NCBI RefSeq assembly: GCF_006345805.1
Contig: NC_043004.1
Span: forward strand, 23,374,001-23,438,000
Direction: 5' to 3'
DNA: 64,000 bases
From: Octopus sinensis
Taxonomy: Eukaryota
A model generated the notes under the pieces. That model had not been told where the DNA came from. It saw nothing but the letters and a program-made list of their open reading frames with translations, and ran no database searches. This document shows positions 12,714 to 26,400 of this stretch, piece by piece (within the stretch, counting starts at the first letter, position 1; each line of letters begins with the position of its first letter). A program made the translations under genes and the position numbers.

Positions 12714-14770
12714 TAGTCTTATTTATTTAGAATAATTTGGGTGAAAACCTCGTAATGTACATTTAAAAGTTCTTATGGCCCTATTTGGCTACCACATCAT
12801 ATACTACATTTAGGTATATTCCATTAATCGTATTCCACTCGATGAAGCACCTACTCATGGCTGTTGCTGAACAGTATTCAACTGTATAATAATTTGAAAG
12901 AACTCAGCAACTTAAAGCTGGGACAGAAACATATGTTCTTTTGCTCCTTATGGCCTTAATTCACCACCTCTCTTCATCTGAAACTTACCCCACACATATT
13001 TCTAAACACCTCCCACCTTTAACTGTCCATCCCCTCCACCCACACACCCGTACTATGCCTGGCTCAGTACCCTCACCACACCCCACTTTACATCATTATA
13101 ACACTCATACACACTGCTCAACTCAGTACTCACACCACACATGCACACACATTCATACAAACATGCACTCACACACACATTCCTACTCCACATACACACC
13201 AGCACCCAACACCTTCCATTACCCACACTACACACCATTATGCTGCTCATACCCACACACTCACCAGTACCCTCACTACACACGCCATTATACAAACTCC
13301 CCTGCACACTGTTCAATTCAGTACCTACACCACAGACCATTATGCACACTTTCACTCACACACATGCATTCACACATATCTTCCCATCCATACACACAAG
13401 CATCCAATACCTCCCACCCTGACTTTTGTCGCCCCTATTCCACCTCACACTTCCATGCATTTCCCCACAACACACTATTCACTCCTAAAAGCATACATTG
13501 CACATGCACACAATACACCTGAACACAGACAATATACACAAATAAACATACACAACACACACACACACACATGCACACACTATAGTGTCTCACCCACACA
13601 CATATACACACCACTTGAACAAGCACATATTAGCAGTTACACACAAGTGTTTGCACATGCACACACACAATAGCTTCACACATACTATACACACCCTTAC
13701 ACATATACACATATCCATACACACACACATGCACACTCACAGATACATGAAACACACATCACTCCATGCAATGCAGACACTAGGTTACTTTTACACATAC
13801 ACACACTCCCATATGCATACAAGCCCACATAATCTTAAGCTCACCCACACATACATTCACACATGTTCACTCCCTTCCACACACCCACATTCACACACAC
13901 CATTCTCACATACACACATGTCCTTGCACACCCTAATTCTTCCTAGGCACCGTTATTATCTGCCTGTCACTCAGCCTCTTTCTTCCAGTCATTTCATCAT
14001 GTTGAATCATTAATCCCTACACAGTTTTTATCTCTCAGTTTTATTTTTTCTTGTTCTCTCTCTTTTTTTTTTCCTCTCAACCCTTTCTGACAAAGACTGT
14101 GGGATTAAAATGTCAAAGACTTTACCATTCTTCCTGAACATCAAACTAATACACCTGCTTGTTATTCCGTCACCAGTCCTCATCTTTTGTTTTCTGTAAA
14201 TTTTAACTATATTATATAAAATCGTTCTGTCTGTGTGTGCGTGTGTGTGTGTGTGTCTTCTCGGATCTCAGGCATCCTCCATCTGATTCCACTCAAACTT
14301 GATATGTAGATACTAACAGTATCAGAGCATGTATAAGTCTTGAAAAAATTACAAAAATCGATTCCAGGTGAGAATGCGATTGATAAAGCCGTTTTGTCCT
14401 GCTTTTCTTCCGTCAACCTGTACATAACTGCACCTTCCATTTTTTGTTGGTTTTGTACTACTTAAAGGCACGTTTCTTTCCTGCCAAGCTTACTGTTTAA
14501 ACCATATTTGTGTTCTCCCTGTCAACAGCCTTATTATTACTGATACTTTAAACTCTTCAGTTGCATATTTGTGTGAATAAAATCGTTTTTCTTTGGAATA
14601 GACAAAAATTCTATCTTTATTTCTTCTTTTGCTTGTGTCTCAAATTTAGGTTAAATCAGTGTTTCTCAAAGGGGGAGCCTATGAGACGGTCAGACAAGTT
14701 GTTTTGAGAAAATTTTGTTTAAATTTTTGACAACGCACCACCGTCCATTGGATGGGGAGCACTTTGCTCG

Positions 14771-14802
<32 letters not shown>

Positions 14803-15516
14803 TATACCATCAGTGGATCACATATCTGAAAATGAAGCACACTCTAAAGGATAGAACAGTAATGTATTTACATGCAGTTAAATATATGTCCAGTCATAGA
14901 TTGATATGCCCTCCACCATTAGCGTCTGATGAGTTGTCTAAAAAGGCTAAGTGCTTTATGGATGCGAAACTATTGGTTACTCTATGAACTGGACATACAT
15001 TTAACTGCATCTAAATATATGTGTGTGTGTATGCGTACTAACCACATGGTTCCAGGTTCAGTCCCACTGCGTGGAAACTTGGGCAAGTGTCTTCTACTAT
15101 AGCCTCAGGCCAACAAAAGCGTTGTGAGTGGATTTGGTAGACAGAAACTGAAAGAAGCCCATCGTATATATGTATGTGTGTGTGCGTGCTTGTGTGTCTG
15201 TGATTATCCCCCCCCCCCACTTGACAACTGATGCTGGTGTTTTTATGTCCCCGTAAGTTAGCAGTTCAGCAAAAAGGACCAATAAAATAAGTACTAGGCT
15301 TACAAAGAATAAGTCCTGGGGGTCAATTTGCCCGACTAAAGGCGGTGCTCCAGCATGGACACAGGCAAATGACTGAAACAAGTAAAAGAGTATATATGTT
15401 TATATATATATATATATATGTGTGTGTGTTTATATGTATATATAAATGTTTATGTATATATATATGTTTATATATGTATGTATAAATATATATATGTGTG
15501 TGTGTGTGTGTGTATA

Positions 15517-15558
<42 letters not shown>

Positions 15559-17380
15559 CATATATATATATATGTATGCATATATTGATACTTAGTATAT
15601 ATGTATGCATATATATATATATGTGTGTGTGTGTGTGCGTGTGTATATATATGTTTATATATATATGAAGTAGTTGGGAGTGTATATTTGTATCATGTGT
15701 GCTTTTGGAACAGAGCATCTAAAGGAAAACTAAGATCAGATTCAGAATCACATAGAAAAAATAAACAAAACTAAATACCCCTTTCAGTCATTGAGGTCCA
15801 GAAAATTGTTGTCGAACATTCTTTAAAATTTATTTCTAATTATTCAAGATATTGATGGAAATTTTTCTGCTAATTTGATGACTTTTATTAGCTGTGTAGT
15901 TGTTCTATTTTACAAGAGGTACACAATTTCGGAGAGAAGCGAATCATTTTTAAGAGGGCACAAAAGTTTTAGGAGATAAAAGAATTTTTAGGTGAAGCAG
16001 AAAATGTTAGGAGTTCAAAATTTTTATAGGGTTCAAATCATTTTAATGTAGAAACAAGCTTCTACAAAAAGCAGAATCTTTTTAAGAAGACAAAATTTTT
16101 ATGAGGATTAGAAAATTTTTATAAGTACCAGAAGAGTTTTAAATTAAAATTTTATATGTATAAAGAAATAATATTTTGATATTAATAGTGCAAATGAAGC
16201 TATTGATTTATGTGAATGTTGATGTTTCATTCAATTAATTTTATAATCTTATGTAAAGATTTTACTGTTTTTCAAATAAAGGCAATATTTTTCTAGTAAA
16301 ATTATTTTTTATTCCCAATACATTATCTTCTTTATTATCGGTGAGTTTTTTTTTTTTTTTCAAGTAAATTCAATTTGTGTAAAGTTTGTTTTAATGTTCA
16401 ATATACAAACTGACGGATAATCAATCTATATTAGATATATAAAAAAATTTCAGATTCTTCTTCAATATTATGAAATAGTGATGAGCGTTTACCTATTATC
16501 ACAAATACATATCCACTCAAAATCTTGACAAACAGACTGCCACAAATTTAGAATCTGGAAATAAGATAAAACTTTTTGAATATTTTTTTATTCTATCTTC
16601 AGCTATTGTTCCTAGAAAGAGAAGCTTCTCGATTTTGAAATATTCTATGTACTCCTTATGATGCATTTCTGCATGACATAAACCAGGGTCAAGTTAGTAT
16701 GGGAGCCAATTTAATAGTGAAAATATCAGATTTAATTTATTAGTAAAATTCATTTACTTAACATGGCTTAAATTTACTCTTAAATAGTCATGGCTGAAAA
16801 TCAGGTTATTTGCCTGGACACTTGACCATGTACCCATGCTATTATATATCATCATCATCATTATTTAATGCTTGTTGTTTGTGCTAGCATGGGTTGGATG
16901 GTTTGACCAGAGCTGGCAAGTCAGTGGGGCTGCACCAGACTCCAGTCTGATTTGGCATGGTTTCTATGGTTAGATGCCCTTCCTAACAGCAACCACTTTT
17001 CAGAGTGTACTGGATGCTTTTACATGACACTGCACAGGTGCTTTTATATGGCACCACACAGGCACTTTTCTGTAGCACTACATACAGATGCTTTTATATA
17101 TATATACTGTTAATATAAAATTCTCAGTACTAAGTATCAATGATTGCCAAGTATTAGCAATGTCACTGTAATTCTTCTGATTGGTAACTCTCACTTTGCT
17201 TCTCTGGGCTATGAATATTATCAGGAGTAAATTTCAAACAATTACAAAGAATACAGAGACAGGTACATCAGCAAAATTTTGTCTTTTAATTTTACAGTTG
17301 GTCATACAGCATAATTAGTTGGTTACAATGACCAACACATGTTTCTACTGCACAGAGTAAATATAGTTGCACGTATAGTT

Positions 17381-17457
<77 letters not shown>

Positions 17458-20400
17458 GTATGAGAAAAAGAAAATGGAGAAATTAATATATAGACATCAA
17501 TTTATTTGAACAAATTCCATTCAGTATAACATCAAATTCTTTACAGCTACAGCTGTTTCGATACACAATTCAATTTAAAGAATCAAATTAAATTAAATTT
17601 ATTTAAATTTTCATATTGGATATCGTAGGTTTGGTATTTCATCAGGGGACAGAATTTTTAGAAAGAAGCTACATTTCAACATATTGGTTAACCTTTCATA
17701 GACTTAGATATGTGTGTTTTAGCAACAGGTGTATTTAAAAAACCGTTACTATTCCTATGTACTTGTGTGTGTGTTAAAGTATTGAAAGCTACAAAATGAT
17801 GACGAATCAAAACAGGGTTCTGCAGATTCTGCCCAAGTTGCAGATCTATTAAGTATTTATATTATTTTTATCTTAAGAAGGGATTTTGCTGAACTTGCAG
17901 GAGGTCTTTATAGGGATGATGCCCTATTTGCAATCAGAAATCTATCTAGTAGAAAATTAGAATTACATAAGAAGGAATTTTATAGTTTTTAAAAAAATTT
18001 TGAACTCCCCATAACAATTGAAAATATACATGAGTCAGTTAACTTCTTGGCTGTTAACCTAAATCTCATTACTGACTACTATGAACTATACCACAAGCCT
18101 AACTCCAATCTTAAGTATATAAATATTGGAAGTAATCATCCCAGTTCTGTAGAAAACTTTTTGATATACAATATTTCTAGCAGAATTCCTAATTTATCAC
18201 CTCCTAAGGATATTTTTAATAGAAATGCTGACTATTATAATATAGCACTCAGCAAAGCTGGGTATTGACAGAAATTAAAGTATTATGTGCAAAATATGGA
18301 CCATAGTTGCTCTGATGGCATGGATGTTACTCATGATGGCAATTATTTTAAAGGACAAGGTAGAAATAGAAATAAGGGTAGAAATAATAAGGGTAAATGT
18401 CCAATAAATAACAATGATATACAGAATATGGAAACCAATTCATTGCCTTGTTCATCGAATAGTTATCTTAAAGTTAGGACAAACCCTTCATATGTATTAT
18501 AAGATTTGAAAATTTGAAAATTATAATGTATCTTCTGATAAGAACAACATTATTTGGATGATTATTTCATTCGCCAAGCAAATTAAGAATAATTTAGCTC
18601 GATCCTTATACAAACTTTTAATAAACATTTTACCACATAAAAAGCACCCAGCACACTCTGTAAAGTGGTTGGCATTAAGAAGAGCGCCCAGCCATAGATA
18701 CTACGCCACAACAGACAATTGGAGTCTGGACAGTTCCCCGGCTGGCCAGCTCCTGCCAAACCATCCAACCAATACCAGCATGGGAAACAGATGTTAAATG
18801 ATGATGATATATACATGTATGCAGATTAATATCCATCTATCCCTAACTTTCCCTCTCTCTCTCCCTCACGTTTCTTTTCTCTCTCTCTCATAATGAATAC
18901 ATGTCTCACTCTCCTTTGTTTTTCATCTCCAGGTTGTGGCTCTCCTAAATGATCTATACACAATGTTTGATTCAACAATCGAACAGTTTGATGTCTATAA
19001 GGTAAGCAGAAATGTATTCATTCTTCTATTCATGTTGATGCCCTAGTATTTATTTAAGTCTTGAACATATCTTCATGTCTTTTTGTTGAACAGCTAAGTC
19101 ATGAGACATAAACGAGAACAATACACAAATATTTCAATATACAACTCTTCAATATACAACTTGAAACAGCATGGCTAGGAAGGGAACTTCTGTATCCTTA
19201 AATAAGTGCCAATTATATAAAGAAGGGTGGTGAGCTGGCAGAAACATTAGCACGCCAGGCGAAATGCTTAGCGGTATTTCGTCTGCCGCAACGTTCTGAG
19301 TTCAAATTCGGCCGAGGTTGACTTTGCCTTTCATCCTTTCAGGGTTGATAAATTAAGTATCAGTTATGTACTGGGATCGATGTAATCGACTTAATCCATT
19401 TGTCTGTCCTTGTTTGTCCCATCTGTGTTTAGCCCCTTGTGGGTAGTAAAGAAATAGGTATTTCGTCTGCCGGTATTTCATTCTGAGTTCAGATTCTGCT
19501 GAGGTTGACTTTGCCTTTCATCCTTTCAGAGTCGATTAAATAAGTACACATTATGCACTGAGGTTGATGTAATCGACTTAATCCTTTGTCTGTCCTTGTT
19601 TATCCCATCTATGTTTAGCCTCCTGTGGCCTCTAAAGAAATAAATAATATAAAGAAGTTGATTCTAGCCCTCTGTACCTCACTATAAAATGCTGCTTTGT
19701 TGAGCCAACAAGGGAACCTCTATGCAGTAGGCTGACTTTCAGGAAACAGTAGGCAAATAGAGGCATACCTTAACTGGTTCCAGGACATGTTATTTTACTC
19801 GAAAAAATTACATAACATTAAAAAAAATTTACAAGCTAATATTTGTATTAATAAACCATTTGTACCTATTTTCACAAGCATTTTTATTTGATTTTTCACT
19901 TCAGTATTAATTTTTAGATTTTTTTAATTTTTATTTTTATCCTTTTAAATATGTTTGCTGAGACCAACGTAAAGTCAGATAAATCAATTGAAGTGCTGAG
20001 GTGTATTTTCCCTTTCATTTCATAAAAAGTAAAAAAGAAAACAATGTAAAGTCAAAAAAGATGTAATTTGGAACAAAGTAAGTTGAGATATGCCTGTCTT
20101 CCTCTACGATGGAGGTCTGCACAATCAAGTTTAACCTATGGTTATATAACAACAACAATGTGGCCTTGTGTCTTGTTGAAAGAAAATATATTTGTATGGA
20201 ATGTAAATGTTTGTTTGGGAAAAATTCCATGTTAAGTCCCTGTTCAACAGATCAATTAAGTCAACGGATCAATTAAGTCAACAGATCAGATAAGTTAACA
20301 TTATATTTCAGTAAAGATCAATAATACTTAATAGGAAGACAAAAAATAAGTACACATAACAGACAAAAATCATCAGAAATAATCTTCAATTAGATTTAAA

Positions 20401-23400
20401 GACCATAACATATGACTAGTGTCATCAATCTGCAGATTGGCTGCTATTGTTGTCTATGAACCCTGGGGTCATCTCTGATCCAACCATGACCATCCTATCA
20501 TTCATTCAGACACAGTGTATCTAAGAGTACATTATATCATGTATAGTATAGTGGTAAACGTTTGTGGTTATAGTTATTGATTAACCCTAAGTGAGTTCCG
20601 ATCCAGTAGGCTTTCGATAAAAGATATCCCAGCTGTACTATTCCATCTCTTATTCAGACAAAGTGTTTCTAGGACTACATTGTGCAGTAGTAAATACTAG
20701 TAGCTTAGTAAGGCAGTGAGCAGGCAGAATCATTAGCATGCTGGACGAAATGCTTAGTGATATTTCATCTGTTTCTGCCGAGGTCGACTTTGCCTTTCAT
20801 CCTTTCGGGGTCAATTAAATAAGTACCAGTTACACACTGGGTCGATGTAATTGAGTTAATCCGTTTGTCTGTCCTTGTTTGTCCCCTCTGTGTTTAGCCC
20901 CTTGTGGGTAGTAAAGAAATAGGTATTTCATCTGTTTTAACATTCAGAGTTCAAATTTTGTCGAGGTCAGCTTTGCCTTTTATCTTTTCAGGGTCAATAA
21001 AATAAGTGCCAGTTTAGCAACAGGCTCAATGTAATTGACCTACTCCCACCTCCTTCAAAATTGCTGGCCTCATGCCAAAACTTGAAATTAATACAAATGG
21101 TTGTAGTTGTTGGCAGGTAGTGAAGACACATGACCTAGTTGTTAGGGTGTTGCACTCACAATTATTACAAGATTGTGGTTTCAATTCCTAGACTGGGTTT
21201 TGCATTGTATTTTTGACCAAAACACTTCATCCCACTTTGCTTTGCGATCACTTTGGCACCTGACATGGGGTACACAGTGCACCTGTTCAAGCAATGTCAA
21301 TTTGTTGAAGGGAGTGACCCAATGTTCAGCACATACGTTTGATCTCAATAAACAAATCATTTGTGCAGCTTATTCAGCAAGAAATTGCAGAACTGTCTTT
21401 CTTAGACTCTAAAAGACAACCAGCAGTTGTTTCCAAGCCTATAATCATAAATGTTCCATTTGTGACCATCTTATATTGATTTCAGGAATAATGCATCTGG
21501 GACTACATTATTCAAATGTATCCTTTTTTATTTAACTTAGTTGACTATAATGAAGGTTTGGTTGCAATATCTAATAATAGGTTGAGTGTTTATGTAGCAG
21601 CTTCCACATTGGCTCGTTATCTTCATATAGCTAATTACATCATTAATAACTCGTTGATAATTTGCAATAGACAGCAAATTATTTTTATATTCCTGTAAAC
21701 AATAATAAAATAAATATTTGTGTTTTCTCTAATTTCTTGCAGTTTTATTAATATTTCCTTCTCTGGGGTGGCGAAGTGATTGGTCTAATTACTAAAACTT
21801 CAGATAAAATGCCTTGCAATAGTTAGTTCTAAACATTTACAATATGAGTTGAAATTCTACCAACATGAAATTTGCCTTGCTGCCTTCCAAGTTGATATAT
21901 GGGTGCATGATTAAGAAGCCTGTTATGAGTGTGTTTTCATAAATACAGATGCATAGCATTGACACTTGTCATTCTCATGAGCCCGGCATCACTGATGTTC
22001 CTCTCACTCTGGTATTGTGTTTTTAACGAATCTAGGATCTTTACTCATTGAACGGCAGATCGAGAAATTAATTTTTTGTAACTAAACATTTTCAAACTTC
22101 AGACACTGTTAGAATGTGTCATATAAAACATCTTTTACTCTTAGCGTTGTTGAGAAAAGTTTATATGTTCAAAGTTATTTCATGTTAAAGTTGTCATATT
22201 TCGGAAATTTCAACCAATCAACGACGTGTATTCAGCTGAATAAAATTACTACCAGTGTCCGAAGTTTGAAAGTGTTTAGTTACAAAAAATTAATTTCTCG
22301 ATCTGCCATTCAAAGGGAAAAGATCTCACATCTATTAAGTACAATTTTACTGCTTCATGCCTTCTAAGTGTGTTTACATTTGGTATGATATGATACACTG
22401 ATGGTGATGTTTGATGTATGCACATATGAATGTATGCAAGCATATATGTATTCATGTTCACACCGAAACTGGATACTTGGCTAATAAGTTTCACTAACTC
22501 AAGCTGTTCTCATGGAATATTCCTGTTCTCATGGAATATTCCCATTTCATTTATGTCAAAAATATTTCATGGGTTCTTTATTTTATTGACTCTTGGAAGA
22601 ACGCAAGAATAAATTGAAGCTGATGGGATTGAAAATCAAAATGTGAACGAACATAACTAAATACTACAGAATATCTTAACTGATAGTATAGCTATCGTCG
22701 ATACTCCTTAGTTCCTAACTAATTGTTTTCCCTAATTAGATCTATGTTAGTTTTTAGAATTAACTATTTGAGTAATTTTTCTATTTCATAATGACAGTTT
22801 TTATTTCATTTAATTTTCTTTTTTTAATTTTGAGAACATAATTCATCTATATATATAAAACAGTGTGTGTGTGTGTGCATGTGTGTGTGTGTGCATGTGT
22901 GTGTGTGTGCATGTGTGTGTGTGTGCATGTGTGTGTGTATGTTCCTTATACATTCGAAAATTTAATTGCCTATTTTGACATATGGGGTGTCAAAAGATTC
23001 AGTAATCTTTCAGCTACCAAATAAACTTTATTTTCATTTAAATATCTGCATTACAAAAATTTAACATTATAATCTTTCTATAAGTCAACTATTGTAGATG
23101 ACATTTTATACCACCACCACCACCACCACCATATCACATCTATATCTATATATTAGCAAATGTCTTTGTATTTGTATGTCTGTGCATAATGCCAATGAGT
23201 GAGTGAGAGGAGAGAGAAAGAAACAGAGAAGCAAAGTGAGGAAGTGGCTCTTTACTTCTACTCTTCCATGTCTCATTTATCATAATGTTTCACAATAAAG
23301 GGAGAAATGTAAATAGTGTGTATGAGTGAGATAGAAAGAGAAAGAGAGAGATTGAAAGAAGTAGACAAAGACTAAAAGAGAGGGACTATTACAGAGGTTG

Positions 23401-26400
23401 AGAGAGAATAAGTGTGAGCAAGAGAAACACAAAATGACTAAATGCGAGAGAGATGAGAGAAAGAAGCAGAGTGAGAAAACAAGTTTCTATAGGAGAAGTT
23501 GAAAGAGAGAGGGATAGTGGGAGAGAGAAAGAGACACAGAGGATTGATACTATATGTATGTCCTATAGGTGAAGGTGAAACAAAGCTAGCACAAAGAGAA
23601 GGGGAAAGCAGGAGAGAAAGAGATGCTGATGCTTGATACTGTGTGTATGTGTTCGTACATGCAACATTCCACAATTGCCATTTATTTCAATCATCTTGTA
23701 TAGATATTCATGTAACTTTCACTCATTTTTTCCCCTTTAATCCCCATTTTAATTTTCAAAAAAGTTTCCCAGAAAAATGTTCTCCATCTCTACAAAAGTA
23801 GATGGGGGTACAGTGAAACAAAGATGAGTACAGGTAGCTAGAGTAAGGTCACTAGAGATCCCTGTCATCATCATCATTGTTCGACCGTGGTCGAGACAAT
23901 GGAATTTACTATGTTGCGCCAGACTTCACGGTCCATCATAGCATTACGGAGGTCCTGTTGCTGGATTCCTGTATCCCTGGAGATTACATCAGGGTAGGAG
24001 AGTGTGCGCCCTCTGGTGTTGCAAGTAGATGGCTTCCAGAGGAGAAGAGTAGAAATTACTTCTTTTTCAGCTCTACAACAATGTCCAGCAAACTGGACTC
24101 TCCTACCTTTCACAAGAGATGACACAGGTGGTAATTTCCCATATATTTGCATTTTAGTTGGATGGCGCCTCCACGAGAGATTTTGAGCTCTCATAAGGAG
24201 GCGAGTGTAGGTTCCATCCAACCGCCTCTCAAGCTTCTTTGATAACGTCCAGGTTTCTGAGCCATATAGTAGGATTGGTTCGACTGTGGCTTTGAATATT
24301 TCAAGTTTGAAGTCTCTACTTAGATTTGATGACCAGATCTTATGCATGTCATTACAGGCTGACCAGGCCATACCCATTCTAGTTAGAAAGTCTTCCCTGT
24401 TAGATCCCTGTACAACAACTGCAAAGACATGAAAATGAGAGCTGCTGCACGCAGGGCCAATGAGTCACAAGAAGCAAGGAAAAAATGGTTAGAACAATTA
24501 CATCAACAAAATGCAATCTGCAGGAGCCAAGAGTCAAAAAAGTAAAGAGAAAAACGTATAAAGGATGCAAGACAAAGACAATCTGCCAGAGTTGCTAATG
24601 AGACAATAGATCAGCGAGAAATGAGACAATGGAAAAATCAGAAGCAAACAGCTGCTGCAAGACTTCCCTAACCCTCAGAGGAAAGATGCAAGTGTCTTCA
24701 ACAAGACGAGCTGAATACGTTTGACAAAAGAGTTGTACTTTTTAAGGGGACTTGGAAAAGATCAGCTTTCAACCATGATCCAAAACAGAATCATTCTACA
24801 AAGAAATCGATTGATATTGGAGCAACGTCAAAAGAGTACAATTTTTGTAAAGGAAAGAAATGGGGAAGAGAAACCACCACTATTGTTGTGGAGGAACGGT
24901 TGTTTTACTGAAGTTTGGCACACCCCAGATACTTTGAAAGCATTGCTTTTGGGAAACACACTAAGGAGCATGCACTTCTTGAAAAACATTAGGAATTCTA
25001 ATTCTGCTTTCCAAATGACCCCCTTTGGTAGCAATATTCTTTTCTACTCAAGGCACAAGACCCGAAATTTGGCGGGAGGGGCCAGTCGATTAGATCAACC
25101 CAGTACGCAACTGGTACTTAATATATCGGGTACTTAATTTATCGACCCCAAAAGGATGAAAGGCAAAGTCGAACTTGGTGGAATTTGAACTCAGAATGTA
25201 AAGACAGACAAAATACTGCTAAGCATTTCGCCTGGTGTGCTAACATTTCTACCAGCTTACCACCTTCCTTTGGTAGCAATATTATAAGAGAAGAGAACAT
25301 GAAGCCAACTTTTAAATATCAAGTATCAAATATCAAGGTCAACTGAAGGCAAAATCTTCAGTTTTTACAGCTATATTTTATGGTAAATTACAAGGAGCAG
25401 GCTTTGCAATAATCATTTAACCTTCCAAATTTGAAAGAAGAGTTAATCTTTGATCTGCAGGGTATGTTGCATGCAAACAATAGAAGCTTGAAGTATGCAC
25501 TGCAATCTGCACCACCCACTGAATACAAGATAGTTACTGGTGCAGACAAAACGCCTATGGCTGAGCACAGAAGCTGCTACAATGCCCCTGATGCAAATGA
25601 AGTAGCAGCAATTATTACAGGCGCTGAGTATGGGAAGAGAGATATTATTATTCAAGGAAGAGGAAATAAGTTTCAATGGATAAATGCAACCCACCAATCA
25701 TATGATGCACTCCAATCCATTAATCTGTGTATTTGGCCAAGATGAATATCACTTTGGTATAAAAAAAAAACAGATATGCAATTTCCTTCAACATATAGTG
25801 CAGTAGACAAAGCCATTAGTGCAAAGAAACAGGCCTGGAAAGCCTGGAGGGATGGGGGTAGCAGGGAACTGTACCAGGTAGCCAAAAGGGAGGCTGGGCA
25901 GCAGGTATACATAGCCAAAGATGTAGCAGAAAAGAAGAAGTTTGCCAATGTCCAGCGATGTGAGGACCAAAGAACTGAGGTATTTCGGATTGTGTGAGAG
26001 AAAATAGTGATGTTACAGGAGAGAAATGTGTCCGCATGGATGATGGGGCACTTGCTTTTAATGCTGATGAAAAGAAAGAGGCTTGGAGAAGCCATTATGA
26101 AAGACTGCTGAATGTGGAGAATGAATGGGAGGAGGAGAGCCTGCCAAATGTTGACCCAGTAGAGGGACCAGCTATCCGAATAGACAGCTCCCTTGTAGTT
26201 AAGGCAATTAAGGGTATGAAACCAGGTAAAGCCCCCAGCCCATCAGGAATCACTGCTGAGATGCTTAAAACAGCTGGTTATGTGGGCTATGGCCTAGTCA
26301 CCCACATTGTAAACCAGGTAGTTCATAATGGAGTCATACCCAATGACTGGCGTAGTGGCACCATAGTCAACTGCTACAAGGGTAAGGGTGATGCTCTAGA

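Noticed and set aside
12941-14013. His/Thr-rich ORFs of 93-193 aa
   Set aside because: Arise from degenerate (CA)n sequence; probably expanded pLTR low-complexity DNA
19960-20240. Possible mariner transposase relic ([11 protein letters not shown], minus strand)
   Set aside because: Only one short motif is convincing and no TIRs were found
20244-20300. 17-bp x3 and other short tandem repeats as a CRISPR-like array
   Set aside because: No unique spacers, no cas genes, eukaryotic intron; ordinary minisatellite
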